Positions 8,810-20,781 are shown, counted from the first letter of the stretch. The stretch is 64,000 bases of DNA from Candidatus Dormiibacterota bacterium (GCA_963751755.1 CAVVVH010000008.1:2430-66429), one strand, 5' to 3'. Notes: generated from the letters alone by a model not told the origin. Program-made: numbers and translations.

Positions 8810-10155
8810 TTACTTGGCCAGCGGGAGAAGGCGGACTCGGCCCGCGTCGTTGGTCGGCAAGGCTGTCGGCGCCCGGCGCCACCGCACGGACGGCCTCACC
8901 AGGGCGTCCGAAGTAGTAGCCCTGGGCGCAGTGGACGCCCGAGCCGCTTCAGCGCCTCGGCCTCCTCGATGGTCTCGACACCCTCGGCGACGGCGGTGGC
9001 GTTGATCTGCTCGATGAAGTAGATGAGACCGTGGAGCAGGGCGCGCCGGGCGAGGTCACGATGGATGTCGCGGATCAGGGACATGTCGAGCTTGACGATG
9101 TCGGGCTTGGTGCTGAGGATGTGGCTGAAGGTGGCGAAACCGGCGCCCGCGTCGTCGACCGCGTAGCGCATGCCCCGGAATCGCAGCCGCGCCACCGAGC
9201 TGTTGAACTGCGGGTAGTCGCCGATGGCGGCGTGCTCGGTGACCTCGATGACGATGCGATCGGTGCCGCCCTCGATGAGCACCGCGAACTCGCTGCTGAC
9301 CGCGGTCTCCGGGGAGACGTTGAGCGAGAGGTACGTGTCGGCGGGCAGGGTGTCGAGGTGGTCGAGCGCGGACCTCACGGCCGCGAGCTCGAGCTCCAGG
9401 CCGAGGCCGACGCTGCCGGCGGCGGCGAACCAGACGTCCGGCGGCTGCGGCGTCTCGCCCTCGAAGCGGGCCAGCGCCTCGTAGCCGACGGCGGCGCCGC
9501 TGACCAGGTCGACGATGGGTTGCAGGACGGTGGTGAGACGGCCCTCGCGCAGCACCGCGCGGATCTGGGCGCGCTTCTGGCGGCGGGCGACCGCCTCGCG
9601 CTCCTCGCGCTCCAGCTGCTCGGCGTAGATGCGCGCCAGCATGCGCATGAAGCGCACGTCGCGCTTGCCGACGCTGTGGTCGGGGCGGCGGCTGACGCAC
9701 GCCATCGACCCCCAGATGCGGCCGTCGGGAAGGCTCACCGGCACGCCGACGTAGCTGCCGATGTTGGCCTCGAGGGTGACCTCCATCGCCGAGGCGACGG
9801 GGTCGGCGGCGGTGTCGGGGATGGCCTCGCTGAGGACGCCCTCGGTCATCGCCTTGCAGTACATCCAGCCCAGCGGCACGCGCAGCTCGGAGCTGAGCCG
9901 GAAGAGCGCCGCGTCTCCGGCGACGTGGCGGAAGACCTGCTCGCCCCCGGCGAACTCCGCGACGAAGGCCACGTCGGTGTCGAGGTACTCGCGGGCCGCC
10001 TCGAGGATGTCGTCGATCAGCATCCGGGCAGGCTCTTCGAGCGCGAGCGCGGTCAGCGCGCTGTCGCCGGGCGTGCTCTCTCCGGCGATCACATTCCGTC
10101 CACGTGGATTCTGCGGATCCGTCACAGCCGACACTCTGTGCTGTATACGTGCCAC
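8810..10155 (-). CDS. GAF-EAL domain protein (c-di-GMP phosphodiesterase-like)
   Basis: EAL motifs (VLQPIVDL, GYEALARF, YAVDDAGAGFATFSHI, DIVKLDMSL, GVETIEEAEALKRLG). The canonical C-terminal GVHCAQGYYFGRP is only reached after a 1-nt frameshift near 8945. Confidence 0.7.
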
Positions 10156-10211
10156 CGCCCGCGGTTTCCGCTCTGCGACAGACCTGTCACCGGGTGGACG
10201 GCAGTTCTGAG

Positions 10212-11138
10212 TCAGCGGGCGGTCGATCGGACGCCCGGCTCGTGGAGCAGGGCCTCGCCGTCGAGGCCGCCCGCCGGGCAGGCCGGGCGCCTCGCACTGC
10301 TCGTGCCCGCGGCCGACCTCGGCGTTGAGCGCGCCGCCCGAGCATGATGATCTGCGAGAGCAGGAAGAAGTAGAAGAGGAGCACGAACACCAGCCCGAAC
10401 GTCTGTCCCCACTGCGGGCTGTTGGTGACCAGCTTGAAGTAGAGCGGGAACACCAGGGTGAGCGCCTCGAAGAGCACGCCGGCGGCGATGGCGCCCCCGA
10501 GGATGTCGCGCACGTGCTGTTTGCGGTGCGGCACCACGTAGTAGATGATCCCGAACAGCAGGGACGCGTCGACGACGCCGGCGCCGACCTGGATGAGCAG
10601 CCCGGCGACGCCGCCGTGAAGGAAGCCGGGCAGGCCGGGGATGGACTGCAGCAGCGAGAGCAGGCTCCCGCTGAGCAGCAGCGGCAGCGCCATCACCAGG
10701 AACACGACCACCATCCCGATCGACATCAGCTTCTGCGCAGGAAGTCGCGCGACTTGCACGGGTACAGGCTGTTGAGGCCGTTCTCGATGGCGCTGAAGAG
10801 GCTGGCGCCGGACCACACCAGGCCGAGGATGCCGATGACGGCGAACAGCCCGGTGCTCTTGCGGAAGTCGTCGAGCGCGGTGATGATCTGGCAGGAGCCG
10901 CCGCCCGCTCTGCTGCGCGCGGCACGACGGGAACGCGGCCAGCACCTGCTGCTCGATGGTGGCCCGCGTGCCCGGGGTCGTGCAGCGCCAGCCCCACCAC
11001 GGTGATCACCAGGAACACCATCGGGAAGAAGGCGAAGAAGAGGTTCCAGGCGATGATGGTCGCCCAGTTGGGTCCCTGGGCGCCGAGGAAGCGGCCGACC
11101 GCGCGCACCGGCAGCGACCTGGCGAGCCTCTCCTTCAC
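10212..11138 (-). CDS. YihY/BrkB family membrane protein, frameshifted
   Basis: N-terminus MKERLARSLPVRAVGRFLGAQGPNWATIIAWNLFFAFFPMVFLV. C-terminal LGAALNAEV is recovered in another frame. At least two frame changes. Confidence 0.55.
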   Translation of the reverse strand: MKERLARSLPVRAVGRFLGAQGPNWATIIAWNLFFAFFPMVFLVITVVGLALHDPGHAGHHRAAGAGRVPVVPRAAERAAAPARSSPRSTTSARAPGCSPSSASSAWCGPAPASSAPSRTASTACTRASRATSCAEADVDRDGGRVPGDGAAAAAQREPALAAAVHPRPARLPSRRRRRAAHPGRRRRRRRVPAVRDHLLRGAAPQTARARHPRGRHRRRRALRGAHPGVPALLQAGHQQPAVGTDVRAGVRAPLLLLPALADHHARAARSTPRSAAGTSSARRPACPAGGLDGEALLHEPGVRSTAR

Positions 11139-11148
11139 GCCAGCGATG

Positions 11149-11703
11149 CTACGGGATGGGGGCGATGCGCTCCGCGTACAGCGGGTGGTCGCGGAACACG
11201 GCCATCATCTCGACGTCGATGAGCGCGCCGTTGCTCCAGTAGTGGCGGCGGCGGATGCCCTCGCTGACGAAGCCCGCCTTCTCGTAGCTGCGCCGCGCGC
11301 GGTCATTGCCCTGGTACACGTACAGCCACACCTTCTCCATCGCCAGGTACGCGGAAGGCGTACTCGACGCTGAGCATGCACGCCTCGGTGCCGTAGCCGT
11401 GGCCCCAGCGGTCGGGCGGTCCGGTCCAGATGCCCCAGCCGCAGTGCCGGTTGCGGTGGTCGATGCCGTGGAACCCGGTGGTGCCGAGGAACGCGCCGTC
11501 ATCGATGCACTCGATCGCCCAGTGCAGCTCGTCAGGCAGGCGTCGCCGCGACCCACTGCTGCGCCTGCTCGACGGTGTACGGCGCATGCGACCACTGCGC
11601 CAGCCCGGCGACGACGCGCGGGTCGGCGAGGATCTCTGCGATGCGCGGGGCGTCGTCGATGCGGAGCGCGCGCAGGCGCACCAGCCGTCCGGTGACGTCC
11701 ATG
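11149..11703 (-). CDS. GNAT (RimJ/RimL-like) N-acetyltransferase, one frameshift near 11340
   Basis: N-part [49 protein letters not shown] and C-part [27 protein letters not shown] lie in different frames. ATG at 11703 is 1 nt from the upstream stop. Confidence 0.55.
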   Translation of the reverse strand, partial: HGRHRTAGAPARAPHRRRPAHRRDPRRPARRRRAGAVVACAVHRRAGAAVGRGDACLTSCTGRSSASMTARSSAPPGSTASTTATGTAAGASGPDRPTAGATATAPRRACSASSTPSAYLAMEKVWLYVYQGNDRARRSYEKAGFVSEGIRRRHYWSNGALIDVEMMAVFRDHPLYAERIAPIP

Positions 11704-11704
11704 T

Positions 11705-12806
11705 CAGCGCGCGACGGGCGCCTTCTGCAGCTCGGCGATGATCGCGTCGGCGACCTGCGAGGTGCCGACGGCGGTGGGGTCGTCGCGGCTCGGCTTCATG
11801 TCGTAGGTGACGTTCGCTGCCCTCGGCGATGACCGCGGCGATGGCCGCCTCGAGACGATCGCCCGCGTCCTTCTCGCCGATGTGGCGCAGCATCATCATG
11901 CCGCTGAGCATCATCGCCATCGGGTTGGCGACGTTCTTGCCCGCGTACTTCGGCGCGCTGCCGTGGGTGGCCTCGAAGAGCGCGATCTCGTCGCCGGTGT
12001 TGGCGCCCGGCGCCAGGCCGAGGCCGCCGACCAGGCCGGCGCAGAGGTCGCTGAGGATGTCGCCGAAGAGGTTGGGCATCACCATGACGTCGTACAGCTC
12101 AGGCTTCTGCACCAGCTGCATGGCCATGTTGTCGACGATGCGGTCGTCGAACTCGATGTCGGGGAACTCCTTGGCGACGTCCTGCGCCACGCGCAGCCAC
12201 AGTCCCTCGGTGTACTTCATGATGTTGGCCTTGTGCACGCAGGTCACCTTGCGGCGGCCGTTGTCGATGGCCCACTGGAAGGCGAACCGGAAGACGCGCT
12301 GCGTGCCGGTGATGCTGGTCGGCTTGATGCTGATCCCGGAGTCGGGGCGGATGGTGCGCCCGCTGAAGCCGCTCGATGGTGCCGATGACCTCGCGCGTCT
12401 CCTCCTTGCCCTCCTCGAACTCGATGCCCGCGTAGAGGTCCTCGGTGTTCTCGCGGACGACCACCAGGTCGACGTCCTGGTAGCGGCTGCGCACGCCGGG
12501 GTACCACTTGGTGGGGCGCACCAGCGCGAAGAGGTCGAGCTCGCGGCGCAGCGCGACGTTGACGCTGCGGATGCCGTGCCCGATGGGTGTGGTCAGCGGC
12601 CCTTTGATCGCCACCTTGTTCTTGCGGATCGACTCGAGCACGTGGTCGGGCATCGGCTGCCCGTACTGCTCGACGACGTCGAGCCCCGCGTTCTGCACGT
12701 CCCAGTCGATCTCGACGCCGGTGGCGTCGATGACGCGGCGCGCCGCCTCGCTGACCTCGTAGCCGATCCCGTCGCCGGGGATCAACGTGATGCTGTGGCG
12801 CGCCAT
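11705..12806 (-). CDS. isocitrate/isopropylmalate dehydrogenase family enzyme (NAD-IDH-like), two frameshifts
   Basis: [18 protein letters not shown]..., [76 protein letters not shown]. The C-terminal NVTYDM...[15 protein letters not shown] is in a third frame. Confidence 0.65.
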
Positions 12807-12873
12807 GGTGGAAGCCTCCTTCGATCGAACGTGGGTGCCCGAGTGTCGCAAATCGGCCTGTGGCGGGACCCTC

Positions 12874-13581
12874 TCAGCGTGGTGACCAGACCGGCTGACG
12901 GTGCTGCGTGCTGATCGCCCACTGCAGTGTCGCGACGACGTGCTGCAGATGGTTCGCCATCGCCGCCTCGCACGCGTCGGGATCGCGCCGCGCGATGGCG
13001 GCGACGATGGCCTCGTGCTCGCGAAGGGACTCCGCCGAGCGACCGGGGCGCAGCATGGTGCGGTACTGGAACCTGATGCTCTGCGACTTCAGTGTGGTCA
13101 GCAGGTTGCCCGCGATCTGGTGCTCGGCGATGGCCCAGATGCGCTGGTGGAACCGGGCGTTGAGCTCGGAGTAGCCGAGCGAGTCACCGACGTCGACGCG
13201 CTGGCGCATCTCCTCCACCATCGTCTCCAGCTCGGCGATGTCTGCGTCGGTGGCGCGCTCGCCGGCGAGGCGCGCCATCAGCCTCTCCAGCGCGATGCGC
13301 ACCTGCTCGATCTCGACGGCCTCACGGTCGGAGATGAGCCGGACGCGGGCGCCGCGGTTGTGCTCACGGCTGACCAGGCCCTCCTGGTGAAGTCGCGTGA
13401 GGGCCGAGCGGATCGAGGTGCGCCCGGCTTGGAAGGCCACCACCAGGTCGGCCTCGATCAGCCGCTGGTTGGGCTGGAACTGGCCGCTGACGATCGCGTC
13501 GCGGAGCTCCCGGTACACGTCGCCGGGCACCGGCGACAGCTGCTCACCCGGCCGAGCCCCCTTGTGGACAGTCGTGGCCAT
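12874..13581 (-). CDS. GntR family (FadR/FCD subfamily) transcriptional regulator
   Basis: Winged-HTH segment [31 protein letters not shown] followed by an FCD-like C-domain. Intact 235 aa. Divergent from the ABC operon. Confidence 0.75.
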   Translation of the reverse strand: MATTVHKGARPGEQLSPVPGDVYRELRDAIVSGQFQPNQRLIEADLVVAFQAGRTSIRSALTRLHQEGLVSREHNRGARVRLISDREAVEIEQVRIALERLMARLAGERATDADIAELETMVEEMRQRVDVGDSLGYSELNARFHQRIWAIAEHQIAGNLLTTLKSQSIRFQYRTMLRPGRSAESLREHEAIVAAIARRDPDACEAAMANHLQHVVATLQWAISTQHRQPVWSPR

Positions 13582-13612
13582 GTGGCTAGATTAGCGTCAT
13601 CCTTGTCGCTAC

Positions 13613-13626
13613 GATTGTCGACAATC
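13613..13626. promoter_or_regulatory. 14-bp palindrome GATTGTCGACAATC (GntR-type operator consensus GT-N-AC core)
   Basis: Sits in the 81-bp divergent region between the gntR start (13581) and the livK-like start (13663). The AGGAGG RBS for livK lies at 13651..13656. Confidence 0.4.
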
Positions 13627-13662
13627 AATCCGACCCATCCGCCCGAGGCGAGGAGGCACGTG

Positions 13663-14989
13663 ATGCAGGCACGAGGTCAACGGATCGGTCGCCGGGTTGG
13701 GCTGCTCCTCTCCGGGGTCACCCTGGTGCTCGCCGGGTGCGGCAGCGGGGGCGGCAGTCCAGCAGCGCTGCGACGGACACCTCCCCTCTCCTGATCGGCA
13801 TCGTCGCGCCCTTCACGGGGGCGGACGCGGCGCTCGGACCGGCGTACTTCGCGGCGTGCCTGCCCGCGGCCCGGGCCATCAACAACGGCGGCGGGATCAT
13901 GGGCCACACGGTGAGCTGCCAGCAGTTCGACACGCGCGGTGAGCCGGCGGACGCGGTGCCCGCAGCCCAGCAGATGGTGGCCAGCCATTCCAACCTGATG
14001 GCGGTGGTCGGGTGCACCTCCGACGAGGCCTCGAGCGTGGTGCCGATCATCGACCACGCCCACATCCCCATGTTCTGCATGACCGGCCAGTCGGAGTTCA
14101 ACAAGTCGAACTTCAGCTACTTCCACCGGCTGGTGCCGCCGGACGCCTTCGACTCCTACGCGCTGGTGGGCAGCGCGCTGGACTACGCGCACTACACCAA
14201 GGTGGCGCTGGTGTTCGGCAACGACATCGGCTCCCAGGCGTTCGTTGGCCCCGCGCAGCGCGCGCTGACAGCGCTCGGCGCGACGGTCACCATCAACCAG
14301 TCGATCGCGCTCGGACAGTCCTCGTACCGTACTGAGGTGACGGCGATGCTGGCCACGCACCCGGACGTGATCTTCACCGAGGCGCTCGGCCCCACAGACG
14401 CCACCTACCTCGCCGAGGTCAAGCAGCTCAACGGCTCGACGCTGCCGTTCATGGGCACCTCGGCGACCATCGACCCGGTGTGGTTCTCGGCGGTGACCGG
14501 CGCCATCGGGGTGCAGGACGTTCTCAACAAGTTCACCGCCGTCGACCTGGGGGTGAGCTTCAGCGGTCCCGGCTACACGGAGTTCAAGACCAACCTCGGT
14601 GGCCTCGGCCTCGCAATTCGCCGACGCTCCCAAGTACTCGCAGCGCGGCGCGACGCTGCATCTCTACGACGGCATCATCCAGGCCGCGCTGGCCATGGAC
14701 GAGACCAAGAGCATCGACCCCACCGTCTACAACGCCAAGATCAAGGACGTCGGCAACGGCGTCAGCGGCGCGGTGACGGTGAACACCTACAAGGACGGCG
14801 TCGCGGCCATCAACAGCGGCAAGTCGGTGCGCTGGGTGGGCGCCGGCGGCCAGACCAACTACGACCAGTACAACAACTCCCAGCAGGGCTACATCATCGT
14901 CAAGTACGACGCCCAGGGGAACGAGGTGACCATCGGCCACCTGACGCAGGCAGCAGACCGCCGCAGTGATCCAGGCCGGCGGTGGCTGA
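13663..14989 (+). CDS. livK: branched-chain amino-acid ABC transporter substrate-binding lipoprotein (LivK/Peripla_BP_6-like), two frameshifts
   Basis: Lipoprotein signal (LLLSGVTLVLAGCGSGGG). Body LLIGIVAPFTGADAALGP...VVGCTSDEA...ALVFGNDIGSQ in a second frame. C-terminal third in the frame of ORF 14599..15765. Confidence 0.65.
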
Positions 14990-15016
14990 GACCGGCAGTG
15001 TCCCCGGGGGGCGGCG

Positions 15017-15901
15017 ATGAGCCTGTTCATCGCCGCCCTCGGCTTCGGCCTGGTCAGCGCCTCGATCATCGCCATCGCGGCGGTGGGGTTCACGATGCAG
15101 TTCGGCATCACCAACATGATCAACCTGGCCTACGGGCAGGTGATGATCGCCTCGGCGTACGCCACGTACGCGCTCAACCGCACCGGCGTGAACATCTGGG
15201 TCGCGCTGATCGCGGGGGCGCTGTTCGGCGCGGTGATGTCCTTCGTGCTCAACCGCGTGGTGTACGCGCCGTTCCAGCGCAAGGGCACCAACCTGATCGG
15301 CATGGTGATCATCTCGCTGGCGGTGGGGCTGCTCATCGCCAACGTGATGCTGCCGATCGTCGGCTACTACAGCGTGTCGTACCACGTCGACACCGGGTCC
15401 ACGTTCCACCTCGGGTCGATCGCGCTCACCGGCATCCAGCTGCTGATCATGGCGGTGGCGGTGGTGACCATGCTGGTGATCCACGCGCTGCTCACCCTCA
15501 CCCGGCTCGGCAAGGCGATGCGCGCCACCGCCGCCAACCCCACGCTGGCGCGAAACTGCGGCATCCCCACGCGCCGCGTCGTCGACCTGGCATGGCTGAT
15601 CACCGGTGCGCTCTGCGGCATCGCCGGCACCGTCGCCGGGATCAACTCCGACTCCTTCTCGGTGGCCAACGGCTCGGAGTTCCTGATCCCGATCATCGCG
15701 GCGTCGGTTCTCGGCGGCGCCGGCCACCCGTACGGCGCGATGATCGGCGCGGTGATCATCGGTGAGATGACCGAGATCAGCGCGGCGCTCATCTCCCCGC
15801 AGTACAAGCAGGTGGCGGCCTTCGCGGTGCTGGTCCTGGTGATGATCCTGCGACCCCAGGGCCTGCTCGCCAAGCGCGGCACGCTGGCGGCCGCCGGATG
15901 A
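15017..15901 (+). CDS. livH: branched-chain amino-acid ABC transporter permease (LivH-like)
   Basis: Intact 294 aa, multi-TM, MSLFIAALGFGLVSASIIAIAAVGFTMQFGITNMINLAYGQ. Confidence 0.8.
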   Translation: MSLFIAALGFGLVSASIIAIAAVGFTMQFGITNMINLAYGQVMIASAYATYALNRTGVNIWVALIAGALFGAVMSFVLNRVVYAPFQRKGTNLIGMVIISLAVGLLIANVMLPIVGYYSVSYHVDTGSTFHLGSIALTGIQLLIMAVAVVTMLVIHALLTLTRLGKAMRATAANPTLARNCGIPTRRVVDLAWLITGALCGIAGTVAGINSDSFSVANGSEFLIPIIAASVLGGAGHPYGAMIGAVIIGEMTEISAALISPQYKQVAAFAVLVLVMILRPQGLLAKRGTLAAAG

Positions 15902-16885
15902 CCTACTACCTGACGACGCTGCTGGTGTACGCGGGGGTCGACATCCTCGCCTGCCTGGCGATCTCGCTGCAGTTCGGGCTGTCGGGCATCGTCAACTTCA
16001 GCTTCATCATCTTCCAGGCGGCGGGCGCGTACACCGCCGCGGTGCTGTCGCTTCCGCCGGACAGCGCCAACGGCGGCTTCCAGACGTACATCCTCGGGCT
16101 CAACCTCTCCTTCCCCATCCCGTGGATCGCGGCCATGGTGGTGTCCGCCCTGCTCGCGCTGCCGGTGGGGCTGGTGGTGCTGCGCCGCCTGCGCAGCGAC
16201 TACCAGGCGATCGCCATGCTGGTGCTGTCGGTCATCGCCAGCCTGATGGTCACGAACACCCCGCGCTTCCTCGGCGGCGCCGCCGGGTTGTCGCTGATCC
16301 CGCAGCCGCTCTCCGACCGGCTCAACCCGTACTCCAGCTCGTACCTCTGGCTGTACTCGGCTGTGACACTGGTGCTGGCTGCGGTGATCTTCGTCGTGGC
16401 CCAGCGGATCATGAACTCGCCGTACGGGCGCTCCCTGCGCGCGCTGCGCGAGCACGAGCTCGCCGCCAACGCGCTGGGGAAGAACTCGGTGGCGCTCAAG
16501 CTCACCGTCTTCGTGGTCGGCGGCGCCATCGCCGGGACTGAGCGGGGCCATCCTGGTGGGCTTCATCACCATCTGGGCGCCGTCGACATGGCTCTACCCG
16601 GAGACGCTCATCCTGTTCGCGGCGGTGATCGTCGGCGGCCGCGGCAACAACTACGGCGCAGTTCTCGGCGCGCTGCTCGTGCCCGTGGGCTTCGAGGAGG
16701 TCACCCGCTACCTGCCGCCGTTCGGGCCGCCGGGCCTCATCCCCGCGTTGGAGTGGGTGTGCATCGCCGGGCTGATCCTCGGCTTCCTCTGGTTCCGGCC
16801 GCGCGGCGTGTTCCCTGAGCGCCGCCGGCTGTTCCCACCGCGCGTGACGGCCACTGCGGCCGTGGAGAACGCCGGTGGCGGCTGA
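15898..16885 (+). CDS. livM: branched-chain amino-acid ABC transporter permease (LivM-like), frameshift near 16540
   Basis: ATGA overlap with livH. N-part in ORF 15898..16818, C-part (GFITIWAPSTWLYPETLILFAAVIVGGRGNNYGAVLGALLV) in ORF 16556..16885. Confidence 0.65.
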
Positions 16886-17690
16886 CGCGCTCACCGCCGA
16901 CCGCCCGCGCGGCGGTGAGCCTTCGGCTGCCACCGCGCCACTGCTCGTCGCCACCGACATCCATCGCCACTTCGAGGGCATGCACGCCGTCGACGGGGTG
17001 ACCATCGAGGTGCTGCCCGGCCGCATCACCGGGCTGATCGGTCCCAACGGGGCCGGCAAGTCGACGCTGCTGGCGGTGCTGGCCGGGACCCTGCCCGCGT
17101 CGGAGGGCACGATCGTCTTCGACGGCGAGGACATCACCCAGCTGCCGGCGTACAAGCGCGCGCGGCGCGGCATGGTGCGCACCTTCCAGCTGCCCTCGGA
17201 GTTCGCCCAGCTCACCGTGCTCGAGAACCTCATGGTGGCGGCGCCGAAGAACCGCGGCGACTCGCTGGTGGGCGCGATGCTCGGCAAGCGCTACTGGCGC
17301 GGCGACGAGGCGGTGCTGGTGGAGCGCGCCCGCGGGCTGCTCGACCGCTTCAACATGAGCGCCAAGGAGTCCGACTACGCGGGCTCACTGAGCGGCGGCC
17401 AGAAGCGCCTCGTGGAGATCATGCGTGCGCTGATGCTCGAGCCCCGGCTGCTGCTGCTCGACGAGCCGATGTCCGGCGTGCACCCGTCGATCATCGGCGA
17501 GATCGCCGCCTACTGCGAGGCGCTCCGCGACGAGGGCCTGACCATCGTCATGGTGGAGCACGAGCTGCACATGATCGAGCGGATGTGTGACCCGGTCATC
17601 GTCATGGCCCAGGGACGGGTGATCGGCCAGGGCTCGATGGCCCAGTTGCGCCAGCAGCGTGAGATCGTTGACGCCTACCTTGTCGGATAG
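16875..17690 (+). CDS. livG: ABC transporter ATP-binding protein (LivG-like)
   Basis: Walker A GPNGAGKST. Intact 271 aa. Confidence 0.8.
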   Translation: MAADALTADRPRGGEPSAATAPLLVATDIHRHFEGMHAVDGVTIEVLPGRITGLIGPNGAGKSTLLAVLAGTLPASEGTIVFDGEDITQLPAYKRARRGMVRTFQLPSEFAQLTVLENLMVAAPKNRGDSLVGAMLGKRYWRGDEAVLVERARGLLDRFNMSAKESDYAGSLSGGQKRLVEIMRALMLEPRLLLLDEPMSGVHPSIIGEIAAYCEALRDEGLTIVMVEHELHMIERMCDPVIVMAQGRVIGQGSMAQLRQQREIVDAYLVG

Positions 17691-18471
17691 CGCCGCGACG
17701 CCGGCGGTGCGCCCGGCCCCGCTGCTGCGGGCCGAGGGGATCACCGCGGGCTACGGCGGCGTGCCGATCGTGCGCGACGTCGGCCTCAGCGTCGGCCCGG
17801 GCGAGATCGTGGCCGTGATCGGCCCCAACGGCGCCGGCAAGAGCACGCTGCTGAAGGCGCTGGTGGGCATCCTCCGCGTGACCTCCGGCCACATCCTCCT
17901 CGACGACGGCGAGGTGACCAACAAGCCCCCCGAGGAGCTGGCGCGGCGTGGCGTGGGCTACGTGCCCCAGGTGCAGGACATCTTCGAGCCGCTGACCGTC
18001 CTCGAGAACCTCGACATGGGCGGGTACCTGCTGCCCAAGGCGCAGATCCACGCGCGCGTCGACGAGGTGCTCGAGGTGTTCCCGCAGCTGAAGCCGATGC
18101 TGAAGCGTCGCGCCGACAAGCTGAGCGGCGGCGAGCGAAAGATGCTGGCGATCGCGCGCGTGCTGATGCTCGACCCGCGCGTGCTCATCCTCGACGAGCC
18201 CACCGCCAACCTGGCCCCGCAGCTGGCCGACCGGCTGCTGCGCGAGCAGATCAAGGGGCTCGGTGCGCTGGGCAAGGCGGTGCTCCTGGTGGAGCAGCGC
18301 GCCCGGGCCGCGCTCGACATCGCCGCGTGGACGTGCGTTCTTGTGTCCGGCTCCGTCCGCATGGAGGGCCGGTCAGGCGAACTTCTCGATCGCCAGGACT
18401 TCGAGGAACTGTTCTTGGGAGCCGCGACCACCCTGACGGCGGTCGGCGGCGTGGAGGCAAGAGACCGATGA
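17659..18471 (+). CDS. livF: ABC transporter ATP-binding protein (LivF-like)
   Basis: Walker A GPNGAGKST, signature LSGGERKML. Intact 270 aa. Confidence 0.8.
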   Translation: MRSLTPTLSDSAATPAVRPAPLLRAEGITAGYGGVPIVRDVGLSVGPGEIVAVIGPNGAGKSTLLKALVGILRVTSGHILLDDGEVTNKPPEELARRGVGYVPQVQDIFEPLTVLENLDMGGYLLPKAQIHARVDEVLEVFPQLKPMLKRRADKLSGGERKMLAIARVLMLDPRVLILDEPTANLAPQLADRLLREQIKGLGALGKAVLLVEQRARAALDIAAWTCVLVSGSVRMEGRSGELLDRQDFEELFLGAATTLTAVGGVEARDR

Positions 18472-19369
18472 GATTGCTGATGTTCCGAGAGGGGGCTGGT
18501 CGCCGACTCGGTGTGGGCCGGGTCGATGCCGACGATGATCGTCGACGTGGCCGCGACACCCGGCGGGGACTCGCTGCCGCCCGACATCGTCGGGGTCATC
18601 GACGGCGGTCGACGCCGTCCTGCCGCGGCTCGGCGAGCTGGCGGCCTCGGCCTCGGGGCCGGCCGTGCGGCGCATCGCCGACCTCGAGCTGCTGGCGCCG
18701 TTCGACCCGCCGCGCGGCAACGTGCTCTGCATCGGGCGCAACTACCAGAAGCACGCCGAGGAGGGCGCCCGCGCGTTGCAAGACGGAGGTGGGGCCGCCG
18801 ACCATCTTCACCAAGGCGATCACCACCATCAACAGCCCGTACGGCGACGTGCCCATCAACCCGGCGGTGAGCACCAAGCATCGACTGGGAGGTGGAGCTC
18901 GGCGTGGTCATCGGACGGGCCGGCTCCAACATCAAGCGCGCCGGCGCCATGGAGCACGTCTTCGGCTACACCGTGATCAACGACGTCACCGCGCGCGACA
19001 TCCAGAACGGCTGGGGCGGCCAGTGGTTCAAGGGCAAGAGCCTCGACGGCTCGTGCCCGATGGGCCCATGGGTGATCACCGCGGACGAGGTCCCCGACGT
19101 CCAGGCGCTGCAGCTGCAGCTGCGCGTCAACGGTGTCGTCAAGCAGGACGCCAACACCCGCGACATGATCTACCCGGTCGACGCCATCATCGAGTGGCTG
19201 TCCGTCGGCATGACCCTGCTGCCGGGCATGGTCATCGCCAGCGGGACGCCCGAGGGCGTCGGCTTCGCGCGCACGCCGCCGGAGTTCCTGCACGCCGGCG
19301 ACGTCATGGAGAGCGAGGTGCGAGGGGGTGGGGCTGCTGCGCAACACCATCGTCGAGCTTCCCTCCTAG
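18468..19369 (+). CDS. fumarylacetoacetate hydrolase (FAH) family hydratase/isomerase, several frameshifts
   Basis: MRLLMFREGAGRRLGV...; VLCIGRNYQKHAEE; PTIFTKAITTINSPYGDVPI; WEVELGVVIGRAG...VFGYTVINDVTARDIQ...; C-terminal EGVGLLRNTIVELPS. Pieces lie in three frames. ATGA overlap with the livF stop. Confidence 0.55.
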
Positions 19370-19376
19370 CTCGCTG

Positions 19377-20019
19377 GTGGAGAACCCGCCGGTGCGCGCG
19401 GGCGCCCGGCGTGGTGGCGCGCCTCGCCGCGGTGGGCGTGACCACCGTGCACGAGGCGCAGGGCCGGCGCGGCCTGCTGGATCCCTCCGTGCGTCCCATC
19501 CAGGAGGGAACCCGGCTGGCGGGCACGGCGGTGACCGTGCTCTGCCAGCCGGGCGACAACCTGATGATCCACCTCGCCGTCGAGCGCTGCCGGGAGGGCG
19601 ACGTGCTCGTCGTCGCCATGGCCGAGCCGAGCAACGCCGGCGTGCTCGGCGAGCTGCTGGCCACCTCGCTGCGCGCCCACGGGGTGGTGGCGGCGATCGT
19701 CGACGCCGGGGTGCGCGACGTCGCCGAGCTGCGCGCCATGGGCTTCCCCGTGTGGTCGCGGTGGATCAGCGCGCAGGGCACCACCAAGGTCGGCGCCGGT
19801 ACCGTCAACGAGACCGTCGTGTGCGGCGGCCAGGCGGTCTCGGCCGGCGACGTCATCGTGGCCGACGACGACGGCGTGGTGTGCGTCGCCGCCGCGGCGG
19901 CGGCCGCGGTCGCGGACGCTGCCGAGGAGCGGGCGCTGCACGAGGGCGAGCTGCGCGGCCGGCTCGCCGCCGGCGAGCTGACCCTGGACCTCCTCGACCT
20001 GCGCTCCCACTCCTCGTGA
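19377..20019 (+). CDS. RraA-like protein (HMG/CHA aldolase / demethylmenaquinone methyltransferase-like family)
   Basis: GVVARLAAVGVTTVHEAQGRRGLLDPSVRPI...GDNLMIHLAVERCREGDVLVVA...VDAGVRDVAELRAMGFPVWSR. Exact start uncertain, probably a 5' frameshift. Confidence 0.5.
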
Positions 20020-20781
20020 TCCACCTCGACGCCGCACGCCTGCTGCTGGTGGCAGGCGCCGCGCTGCTGGCCGGCGCCGTCAACGCGGTCGCGGGCGGCG
20101 GCACGCTCCTCTCCTTCCCTGCGTTGCTGCTGCTCGGCTTCCCCGCGCTGACCGCCAACGTCACCAGCACGATCGGGCTGCTGCCCGGCTACGCCGGTGG
20201 GACGCTGGCGTACCGCCAGGAGCTGTCGCTGCAGCGCGCCCGCGTGCTCTTCCTCGGGCCGATCAGCGTGGTCGGCGCCGTCGGTGGCGCCATCCTGCTG
20301 ACGCGCACCTCCAACGCCGTGTTCGCGCGCGGTGGTGCCGTGGCTGATCCTGCTGGCGTGCGCGCTGCTGCTGGTGCAGCCGGTGGTGACGTCGCGGGTG
20401 CGGTCGCGGCGGCCCGAGCGCGAGCAGCACCGCTCGCCGGTGCTCGCGGTGGCGCAGTTCCTCGGCGGCATCTACGGCGCCTTCTTCGGCGCCGGGCTCG
20501 GGGTGATGATGCTCGCCGTGCTCGGCCTCTTCATCCGCGACGACCTGCAGCGCATCAACGCGCTCAAGTCGATGATGTCGCTGGTCATCAACGTCGTCGC
20601 GGCGCTGTACTTCATCGTGTTCGGCCCGGTGTCGTGGGTGGCCGCGGCGGTGATGGTGCCGGCGAGCGCGGTCGGCGGCTTCGCCGGCGTGTCGCTGGCG
20701 CGCCGGCTGCGGCCGGCGGTGCTGCGCGCGGTGGTGGTGGCCTTCGGCGTGGCCTTCGCGCTGCACCAGCTGCTGTCGTGA
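20016..20781 (+). CDS. TauE/SafE family sulfite-exporter-like membrane protein, frameshift near 20330
   Basis: GTGA overlap with the previous stop. LLAGAVNAVAGGGTLLSFPALLLLGFPALTANVTSTIGLLPG and C-terminal GGIYGAFFGAGLGVMMLAVLGLF... Confidence 0.6.

Noticed and set aside
9031-10347. 438-aa plus-strand ORF
   Set aside because: Antisense to the GAF-EAL gene.
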